From Mytilus trossulus (taxonomy: Eukaryota): DNA of 64,000 nt. The notes under the pieces are model-generated. The model saw nothing but the letters and a program-made list of their open reading frames with translations, had not been told where the DNA came from and ran no database searches. Both the position numbers and the translations under genes were made by a program. The stretch spans positions 2,356,001 to 2,420,000 of the forward strand of contig NW_026963314.1 of assembly GCF_036588685.1 (NCBI RefSeq). Direction: 5' to 3'. How positions within the stretch are numbered: the first letter of the stretch is position 1; every line of letters begins with the position of its first letter. Shown piece by piece: positions 53,142 through 64,000 of the stretch.

Positions 53142-56100
53142 GTAAGTGATATTGTATGTAGAACTCCTGTACAAAACGTACGTAAGTGACATTGTCTATA
53201 GTACTTCTGTTGATTACGAACTAGGTGACATTTTTCTGAAGCACTACTATTGATAACAAACGTAAGTGACATGGTCTATAAGACTCCTGTTGATTACGAA
53301 CGTAAGTGTCGTTGTATGCAGCACTCCTGTTGATTACGAACGTAAGTGTCATTGTATGCAGCACTCCTGTTGATTACGAACGTAAGTGACATTGTATGTA
53401 GCACTCCTGTTGACTACGAACGTAAGTGACATTGTATGTAGCACTCCTGTTGATTACGAACGTTAGTGTCATTGTATGTAGCACTCCTGTTGACTACGAA
53501 CGTTAGTGACATTGTATGTAGCACTCCTGTTGATTACGAACGTAAGTGTCATTGTATGCAGCACTCCTGTTGACTACGAACGTAAGTGACATTGTATGTA
53601 GCACTCCTGTTGATTACGAACGTAAGTGTCATTGTATGTAGCACTCCTGTTGATTACGAACGTAAGTGTCATTGTATGTAGAACTCCTGTTGACTACGAA
53701 CGTAAGTGACATTGTATGTAGCACTCTTGATGATTACGAACGTGAGTGACATTGTATGTAGCACTCCTGTTGATTACGAACGTAAGTGTCATTGTATGCA
53801 GCACTCCTGTTGATTACGAACGTTAGTGTCATTGTATGTAGCACTCCTGTTGACTACGAATGTTAGTGACATTGTATGTAGTACTCTTGTTGATTACGAA
53901 CGTAAGTGTCATTGTATGTAGCACTCATGTTGATTACGAACGTAAGTGTCATTGTATGTAGCACTCCTGTTGATTACGAACGTAAGTGTCATTGTATGTA
54001 GCACTCCTGTTGATTACGAACGTAAGTGACATTGTATATAGCACTCCTGTTGACTACGAACGTAAGTGACATTGTCGGTAGAACTCCTGTTGACTACGAA
54101 CGTGAGTGACATTGTATGTAGCACTCCTGTTGATTACGAACGTAAGTGTCATTGTATGTATCACTCCTGTTGATTACGAACGTAAGTGACATTGTATATA
54201 GCACTCCTGTTGACTACGAACGTAAGTGACATTGTCGGTAGAACTCCTGTTGACTACGAACGTGAGTGACATTGTATGTAGCACTCCTGTTGATTACGAA
54301 CGTAAGTGTCATTGTATGTAGCACTCCTGTTGATTACGAACGTAAGTGACATTGTATGTAGCACTCTTGATGATTACGAACGTAAGTGACATTGTATGTA
54401 GCACTCCTGTTGACTACGAACGTAAGTGACATTGTATGTAGCACTCCTGTTGATTACGAACGTAAGTGTCATTGTATGTAGCACTCCTGTTGATTACGAA
54501 CGTAAGTGACATTGTATGTAGCACTCTTGATGATTACGAACGTAAGTGACATTGTATGTAGCACTCCTGTTGATTACGAACGTAAGTGTCATTGTATGTA
54601 GCACTCCTGTTGATTACGAACGTAAGTGTCATTGTATGTAGCACTCTTGATGATTACGAACGTAAGTGACATTGTATGTAGCACTCCTGTTGACTACGAA
54701 CGTAAGTGACATTGTATGTAGCACTCCTGTTGATTACGAACGTAAGTGACATTGTATATAGCACTCCTGTTTACTACGAACGTAAGTGTCATTGTATGTA
54801 GCACTCCTGTTGATTACGAACGTAAGTGACATTGTATATAGCACTCCTGTTGATTACGAACGTAAGTGACATTGTATGTAGCACTCTTGATGATTACGAA
54901 CGTAAGTGTTATTGTATGTAGCACTCCTGTTGATTACGAACGTAAGTGACATTGTATATAGCACTCCTGTTGACTACGAACGTAAGTGACATTGTCGGTA
55001 GAACTCCGGTTGACTACGAACGTGAGTGACATTGTATGTAGCACTCCTGTTGATTACGAACGTAAGTGTCATTGTATGTAGCACTCTTGATGATTACGAA
55101 CGTAAGTGACATTGTATGTAGAACTCATGTTGACTACGAACGTAAGTGACATTGTATGTAGAACTCCTGTTGACTACGAACGTAAGTGACATTGTATGTA
55201 GCACTCTTGATGATTACGAACGTGAGTGACATTGTATGTAGCACTCCTGTTGATTACGAACGTAAGTGACATTGTATGTAGCACTCTTGATGATTACGAA
55301 CGTTAGTGACATTGTATGTAGCACTCCTGTTGATTACGAACGTAAGTGACATTGTATGTAGCACTCCTGTTGATTACGAACGTTAGTGACATTGTCGGTA
55401 GAACTCCTGTTGACTACGAACGTAAGTGACATTATATGTAGCACTCTTGATGATTACGAACGTAAGTGACATTGTATGTAGAACTCATGTTGACTACGAA
55501 CGTAAGTGACATTGTATGTAGAACTCCTGTTGACTACGAACGTAAGTGACATTGTATGTAGCACTCTTGATGATTACGAACGTGAGTGACATTGTATGTA
55601 GAACTCCTGTTGATTACGAACGTAATTGTCATTGTATGTAGCACTCCTGTTGATTACGAACGTAAGTGACATTGTATGTAGCACTCTTGATGATTACGAA
55701 CGTTAGTGACATTGTATGTAGAACTCATGTTGACTACGAACGTAAGTGACATTGTATGTAGAACTCCTGTTGATTACGAACGTGAGTGACATTGTATGTA
55801 GAACTCCTGTTGACTACGAACGTAAGTGACATTGTATGTAGCACTCCTGTTGATTACGAACGTAAGTGACATTGTATGTAGAACTCCTGTTGACTACGAA
55901 CGTAAGTGACATTGTATGTAGCACTCCTGTTGATTACGAACGTAAGTGTTATTGTATGTAGAACTCCTGTTGACTACGAACGTAAGTGACATTGTATGTA
56001 GAACTCCTGTTGATTACGAACGTAAGTGACATTGTATGTAGAACTCCTGTTGACTACGAACGTAAGTGACATTATATGTAGCACTCCTGTTGATTACGAA

Positions 56101-59100
56101 CGTAAGTGTCATTGTATGTATCACTCCTGTTGACTACGAACGTAAGTGTCATTGTATGCAGCACTCCTGTTGACTACGAACGTAAGTGACATTGTATGTA
56201 GCACTCCTGTTGATTACAAACGTAAGTGACATTGTATGCAGCACTCCTGTTGACTACGAACGTAAGTGACATTGTATGCAGCACTCCTGTTGACTACGAA
56301 CGTAAGTGACATTGTTTGTAGAACTCCTGTTGATTACGATCGTGAGTGTCATTGTATGTAGCACTCCTGTTGATTACGAACGTAAGTGTCATTGTATGTA
56401 GCACTCCTGTTGATTACGAACGTAAGTGACATTGTATGTAGCACTCTTGATGATTACGAACGTGAGTGACATTGTATGTAGAACTCCTGTTGATTACGAA
56501 CGTAAGTGACATTGTATGTAGAACTCCTGTTGACTACGAACGTAAGTGACATTGTATGTAGCACTCTTGATGATTACGAACGGGAGTGACATTGTATGTA
56601 GCACTCCTGTTGATTACGAATGTAAGTGACATTGTATGTAGCACTCTTGATGATTACGAACGTTAGTGACATTGTATGTAGCACTCCTGTTGATTACGAA
56701 CGTAAGTGACATTGTATGTAGCACTCCTGTTGATTACGAACGTTAGTGACATTGTCGGTAGAACTCCTGTTGACTACGAACGTAAGTGACATTGTATGTA
56801 GCACTCTTGATGATTACGAACGTAAGTGACATTGTATGTAGAACTCCTGTTGACTACGAACGTAAGTGACATTGTATGTAGCACTCCTGTTGATTACGAA
56901 CGTAAGTGTTATTGTATGTAGAACTCCTGTTGACCACGAACGTAAGTGACATTGTATGTAGAACTCCTGTTGATTACGAACGTAAGTGACATTGTATGTA
57001 GAACTCCTGTTGACTACGAACGTAAGTGACATTATATGTAGCACTCCTGTTGATTACGAACGTAAGTGACATTGTATGTAGAACTCCTGTTGACTACGAA
57101 CGTAAGTGACATTGTATGTAGCACTCCTGTTGATTACGAACGTAAGTGTCATTGTATGTAGCACTCCTGCTGATTACGAACGTAAGTGTCATTGTATGCA
57201 GCACTCCTGTTGACTACGAACGTAAGTGACATTGTATGTAGCACTCCTGTTGATTACGAACGTAAGTGACATTGTATGCAGCACTCCTGTTGACTACGAA
57301 CGTAAGTGACATTGTATGCAGCACTCCTGTTGACTACGAACGTAAGTGACATTGTTTGTAGAACTCCTGTTGATAACGATCGTGAGTGTCATTGTATGTA
57401 GCACTCCTGTTGATTACGAACGTAAGTGTCATTGTATGTAGCACTCCTGTTGATTACGAACGTAAGTGACATTGTATGCAGCACTCCTGTTGATTACGAA
57501 CGTAAGTGTCATTGTATGTAGCACTCCTGTTGACTACGAACGTAAGTGACATTGTATGTAGCACTCCTGTTGATTACGAACGTAAGTGTTATTGTATGTA
57601 GAACTCCTGTTGACTACGAACGTAAGTGACATTGTATGTAGAACTCCTGTTGATTACGAACGTAAGTGACATTGTATGTAGAACTCCTGTTGACTACGAA
57701 CGTAAGTGACATTATATGTAGCACTCCTGTTGATTACGAACGTAAGTGTCATTGTATGTAGCACTCCTGCTGATTACGAACGTAAGTGTCATTGTATGCA
57801 GCACTCCTGTTGACTACGAACGTAAGTGACATTGTATGTAGCACTCCTGTTGATTACGAACGTAAGTGACATTGTATGCAGCACTCCTGTTGACTACGAA
57901 CGTAAGTGACATTGTATGCAGCACTCCTGTTGACTACGAACGTAAGTGACATTGTTTGTAGAACTCCTGTTGATTACGATCGTGAGTGTCATTGTATGTA
58001 GCACTCCTGTTGATTACGAACGTAAGTGTCATTGTATGTAGCACTCCTGTTGATTACGAACGTAAGTGACATTGTATGTAGCACTCTTGATGATTACGAA
58101 CGTGAGTGACATTGTATGTAGAACTCCTGTTGATTACGAACGTAAGTGACATTGTATGTAGAACTCCTGTTGACTACGAACGTAAGTGACATTGTATGTA
58201 GCACTCTTGATGATTACGAACGTGAGTGACATTGTATGTAGCACTCCTGTTGATTACGAACGTAAGTGACATTGTATGTAGCACTCTTGATGATTACGAA
58301 CGTTAGTGACATTGTATGTAGCACTCCTGTTGATTACGAACGTAAGTGACATTGTATGTAGCACTCCTGTTGATTACGAACGTTAGTGACATTGTCGGTA
58401 GAACTCCTGTTGACTACGAACGTAAGTGACATTGTATGTAGCACTCTTGATTATTACGAACGTAAGTGACATTGTATGTAGAACTCCTGTTGACTACGAA
58501 CGTAAGTGACATTGTATGTAGCACTCCTGTTGATTACGAACGTAAGTGTTATTGTATGTAGAACTCCTGTTGACCACGAACGTAAGTGACATTGTATGTA
58601 GAACTCCCGTTGATTACGAACGTAAGTGACATTGTATGTAGAACTCCTGTTGACTACGAACGTAAGTGACATTATATGTAGCACTCCTGTTGATTACGAA
58701 CGTAAGTGACATTGTATGTAGAACTCCTGTTGACTACGAACGTAAGTGACATTGTATGTAGCACTCCTGTTGATTACGAACGTAAGTGTCATTGTATGTA
58801 GCACTCCTGCTGATTACGAACGTAAGTGTCATTGTATGCAGCACTCCTGTTGACTACGAACGTAAGTGACATTGTATGTAGCACTCCTGTTGATTACGAA
58901 CGTAAGTGACATTGTATGCAGCACTCCTGTTGACTACGAACGTAAGTGACATTGTATGCAGCACTCCTGTTGACTACGAACGTAAGTGACATTGTTTGTA
59001 GAACTCCTGTTGATTACGATCGTGAGTGTCATTGTATGTAGCACTCCTGTTGATTACGAACGTAAGTGTCATTGTATGTAGCACTCCTGTTGATTACGAA

Positions 59101-62100
59101 CGTAAGTGACATTGTATGCAGCATTCCTGTTGATTACGAACGTAAGTGTCATTGTATGTAGCACTCCTGTTGACTACGAACGTAAGTGACATTGTATGTA
59201 GCACTCCTGTTGATTACGAACGTAAGTGTCATTGTATGTAGCACTCCTGTTGATTACGAACGTAAGTGACATTGTATATAGCACTCCTGTTGACTACGAA
59301 CGTAAGTGACATTGTCGGTGGAACTCCGGTTGACTACGAACGTGAGTGACATTGTATGTAGCACTCCTGTTGATTACGAACGTAAGTGACATTGTATATA
59401 GCACTCCTGTTTACTACGAACGTAAGTGTCATTGTATGTAGCACTCCTGTTGATTACGAACGTAATTGTCATTGTATGTAGCACTCCTGTTGATTACGAA
59501 CGTAAGTGACATTGTATGTAGAACTCCTGTTGACTACGAACGTAAGTGACATTGTATGCAGCACTCCTGTTGACTACGAACGTAAGTGACATTGTTTGTA
59601 GAACTCCTGTTGATTACGATCGTGAGTGTCATTGTATGTAGCACTCCTGTTGATTACGAACGTAAGTGTCATTGTATGTAGCACTCCTGTTGATTACGAA
59701 CGTAAGTGACATTGTATGTAGCACTCTTGATGATTACGAACGTGAGTGACATTGTATGTAGAACTCCTGTTGATTACGAACGTAAGTGACATTGTATGTA
59801 GAACTCCTGTTGACTACGAACGTAAGTGACATTGTATGTAGCACTCTTGATGATTACGAACGTGAGTGACATTGTATGTAGCACTCCTGTTGATTACGAA
59901 CGTAAGTGACATTGTATGTAGCACTCTTGATGATTACGAACGTTAGTGACATTGTATGTAGCACTCCTGTTGATTACGAACGTAAGTGACATTGTATGTA
60001 GCACTCCTGTTGATTACGAACGTTAGTGACATTGTCGGTAGAACTCCTGTTGACTACGAACGTAAGTGACATTGTATGTAGCACTCTTGATTATTACGAA
60101 CGTAAGTGACATTGTATGTAGAACTCCTGTTGACTACGAACGTAAGTGACATTGTATGTAGCACTCCTGTTGATTACGAACGTAAGTGTTATTGTATGTA
60201 GAACTCCTGTTGACCACGAACGTAAGTGACATTGTATGTAGAACTCCCGTTGATTACGAACGTAAGTGACATTGTATGTAGAACTCCTGTTGACTACGAA
60301 CGTAAGTGACATTATATGTAGCACTCCTGTTGATTACGAACGTAAGTGACATTGTATGTAGAACTCCTGTTGACTACGAACGTAAGTGACATTGTATGTA
60401 GCACTCCTGTTGATTACGAACGTAAGTGTCATTGTATGTAGCACTCCTGCTGATTACGAACGTAAGTGTCATTGTATGCAGCACTCCTGTTGACTACGAA
60501 CGTAAGTGACATTGTATGTAGCACTCCTGTTGATTACGAACGTAAGTGACATTGTATGCAGCACTCCTGTTGACTACGAACGTAAGTGACATTGTATGCA
60601 GCACTCCTGTTGACTACGAACGTAAGTGACATTGTTTGTAGAACTCCTGTTGATTACGATCGTGAGTGTCATTGTATGTAGCACTCCTGTTGATTACGAA
60701 CGTAAGTGTCATTGTATGTAGCACTCCTGTTGATTACGAACGTAAGTGACATTGTATGCAGCATTCCTGTTGATTACGAACGTAAGTGTCATTGTATGTA
60801 GCACTCCTGTTGACTACGAACGTAAGTGACATTGTATGTAGCACTCCTGTTGATTACGAACGTAAGTGTCATTGTATGTAGCACTCCTGTTGATTACGAA
60901 CGTAAGTGACATTGTATATAGCACTCCTGTTGACTACGAACGTAAGTGACATTGTCGGTGGAACTCCGGTTGACTACGAACGTGAGTGACATTGTATGTA
61001 GCACTCCTGTTGATTACGAACGTAAGTGACATTGTATATAGCACTCCTGTTTACTACGAACGTAAGTGTCATTGTATGTAGCACTCCTGTTGATTACGAA
61101 CGTAAGTGACATTGTATATAGCACTCCTGTTTACTACGAACGTAAGTGTCATTGTATGTAGCACTCCTGTTGATTACGAACGTAAGTGACATTGTATATA
61201 GAACTCCTGTTGACTACGAACGTAAGTGACATTGTATGTAGCACTCTTGATGATTACGAACGTGAGTGACATTGTATGTAGAACTCATGTTGACTACGAA
61301 CGTAAGTGACATTGTATGTAGAACTCCTGTTGATTACGAACGTGAGTGACATTGTATGTAGAACTCCTGTTGATTACGAACGTAATTGTCATTGTATGTA
61401 GCACTCCTGTTGATTACGAACGTAAGTGACATTGTATGTAGAACTCCTGTTGACTACGAACGTAAGTGACATTGTATGTAGCACTCTTGATGATTACGAA
61501 CGTGAGTGACATTGTATGTAGAACTCATGTTGACTACGAACGTAAGTGACATTGTATGTAGAACTCCTGTTGATTACGAACGTGAGTGACATTGTATGTA
61601 GAACTCCTGTTGATTACGAACGTAATTGTCATTGTATGTAGCACTCCTGTTGATTACGAACGTAAGTGACATTGTATGTAGAACTCCTGTTGACTACGAA
61701 CGTAAGTGACATTGTATGTAGCACTCCTGTTGATTACGAACGTAAGTGTTATTGTATGTAGCACTCTTGATGATTACGAACGTAAGTGACATTGTATGTA
61801 GAACTCTTGTTGACTACGAACGTAAGTGACATTGCATGTAGCACTCCTGTTGATTACGAACGTAAGTGTCATTGTATGTAGCACTCCTGTTGATTACGAA
61901 CGTAAGTGACATTGTATGTAGCACTCCTGTTGATTACGAACGTAAGTGTCATTGTATGCAGCACTCCTGTTGACTACGAACGTAAGTGACATTGTATGTA
62001 GCACTCCTGTTGATTACGAACGTAAGTGACATTGTATGCAGCACTCCTGTTGACTACGAACGTAAGTGACATTGTATGCAGCACTCCTGTTGACTACGAA

Positions 62101-62571
62101 CGTAAGTGACATTGTTTGTAGAACTCCTGTTGATTACGATCGTGAGTGTCATTGTATGCAGCACTCCTGTTGATTACGAACGTAAGTGTCATTGTATGTA
62201 GCACTCCTGTTGACTACGAACGTAAGTGACATTGTATGTAGCACTCCTGTTGATTACGAACGTAAGTGTCATTGTATGTAGCACTCCTGTTGACTACGAA
62301 CGTAAGTGACATTGTATGCAGCACTCCTGTTGATTACGAACGTAAGTGACATTGTATGTAGCACTCTTGATGATTACGAACGTAAGTGTCATTGTATGCA
62401 GCACTCCTGTTGACTACGAACGTAAGTGACATTGTATGTAGCACTCCTGTTGATTACGAACGTAAGTGTCATTGTATGTAGCACTCCTGTTGATTACGAA
62501 CGTAAGTGTCATTGTATGTAGCACTCCTGTTGATTACGAACGTAAGTGACATTGTTAGTAGCACTCCTGTT
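53108..62571 (+). repeat. 40-bp satellite (~236 units) spanning the gene G exon 1 donor
   Basis: Unit gacattgtatgtagcactcctgttgattacgaac|gtaagt; register kept from 53141 to 62541 (235 x 40). Confidence 0.97.
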
Positions 62572-62869
62572 ATTTACTTAAGTATGTTTTCAAAGTTGTT
62601 TTGGTACTTTCTTGTATTTTACGGCTAAGTATGTGTTGAACCATACATTTGATTTTAAGCACACATTAGAGAAAAAATGGATCTATATTCAACAAGGAAA
62701 TAATTTACCTTAACGCATATTGATATAGATACACATTATCAATCTGATAATACATTATGGTCAGCACACGGGTCTTACTTGACGCAGTAATCATGAGTAA
62801 TACGGTATTGTGCATGTACATACATAGCCACTGTTGATAAAATATGTCATCGCTACTTTTCTCTTTCAG

Positions 62870-62935
62870 ATAAACGTGCCACAAAATACAACTTGGACAC
62901 GTGTGTGACAGATGGGGTGTGTGGTAAAATAACAG
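62870..62935 (+). CDS. LRR-TM gene G, exon 2 (HKRATKYNLDTCVTDGVCGKIT)
   Basis: ctctttcag|at ... acag|gtaaag, 66 nt, phase 1-1. Confidence 0.92.
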
Positions 62936-63396
62936 GTAAAGTCTATGGGTTCTATAAATTTTAATACAAGCAGATTTAAGGTATATACCAATAGTACAAA
63001 AACCCAACAACAAAATGACATAACTAGGTCAAAATATTCTAAAACAGTGCTTGCAAGACTAAAAACTAGTTAAGAACTATTTCAACGAAGCAAGAAAACA
63101 GGATGAAAGATTAAAAAAGACATCAGTCTCTTAAACAGATGTAAGCAGCCAAAAAAAACAGACAAAATATAAGTAAAAACGATTGGACATGACAATAATG
63201 TTGATGATAAAACAGAAGCTAATCCACGATTTGATTTTGATTGATTGGGTCGGGTCTCGTAGATATCTATATTCTAACAAAATCATCGCAGAAATTTTAC
63301 CTTCCAGTTACTTTTGCTGAATCTTTTAGGTGGAAGGCGCCAGGTGTGCTCCCGTCTGAATAAATGTTTGTATAATTATATTCAATAACGTGGAAC

Positions 63397-64000
63397 TATG
63401 TCGGTACTTGCAATATATTGTTTTCTACAAACACTCAGATACATTTTGTTTTTACTAGGTATTGCTATTGGTAGTATGTCGGTACTTGTAATATATTGTT
63501 TTCTACAAACTCTCAGATACATTTTGTTTTTTTATACTAGGTATTGCTATTGGTAGTATGTCGGTACTTGTAATATATTGTTTTCTACAAACACTCAGAT
63601 ACATTTTGTTTTTACTAGGTATTGCTATTGGTAGTATGTCGGTACTTGTAATATATTGTTTTCTACAAACTCTCAGATACATTTTGTTTTTTTATACTAG
63701 GTATTGCTATAGCTAGTATGTCGGTACTTGTAATATATTGTTTTCTACAAACTCTCAGATACATTTTGTTCTTTAATACTAGGTATTGCTATAGCTAGTA
63801 TGTCGGTACTTGTAATATATCGTTTTCTACAAACTCTCAGATACATTTTGTTTTTACTAGGTATTGCTATTGGTAGTATGTCGGTACTTGTAATATATTG
63901 TTTTCTACAAACTCTCAGATACATTTTGTTTTTTTATACTAGGTATTGCTATTGGTAGTATGTCGGTACTTGTAATATATTGTTTTCTACAAACACTCAG
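63397..64000 (+). repeat. 78/82-bp tandem array spanning the probable gene G exon 3 acceptor; runs off window end
   Basis: ttttgtttttactag|gtattgctattggtagt encodes GIAIGS (cf. F DIAIGS); copies start at 63459, 63541, 63619, 63701, 63783, 63861, 63943. Confidence 0.85.

Noticed and set aside
22522-53149. Treating the six ~290-340 aa ORFs as complete single-exon secreted proteins
   Set aside because: Each has a phase-1 GT donor at the same aligned position, followed by homologous exons 2 and (B-F) 3; ORF tails are intron read-through
53108-62571. CRISPR-like array (also 47009-48495 and 20900-21700)
   Set aside because: Head-to-tail units with no unique spacers, no cas genes, eukaryotic intron context
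12054-64000. Toll-like receptor or VLR-type somatic cassette assembly
   Set aside because: No TIR domain; no free-standing variable LRR cassettes; arrays copy LRRCT/stalk junctions and are near-identical rather than diverse

Overview
AT-rich, intron-containing animal DNA. The interspersed repeats resemble bivalve (probably Mytilus-like) families, which is an inference from recall, not a search. The window holds a tandem cluster of 7 paralogous genes (labelled A-G here) encoding single-pass, TIR-less leucine-rich-repeat membrane proteins. All share three phase-1 coding exons: a ~860-890 nt exon (signal peptide, Cys cap, LRRs, LRRCT start), a 57-69 nt Cys micro-exon missed by the ORF track, and a TM plus short basic tail exon. 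B-F are complete (~380-401 aa); A lacks exon 1 and G lacks its true exon 3 within the window. The most striking feature is that four paralogs carry five independently arisen tandem arrays whose unit is the gene's own exon/intron junction (units 42-43, 92, 60, 40 and 78/82 bp). These give 7 to ~236 serial copies of a splice site. The remainder is repeats and mobile DNA: a foldback-like inverted satellite, Helitron/Helentron-type elements, MITEs, Tc1 and Penelope-like remnants and a 38-bp minisatellite.
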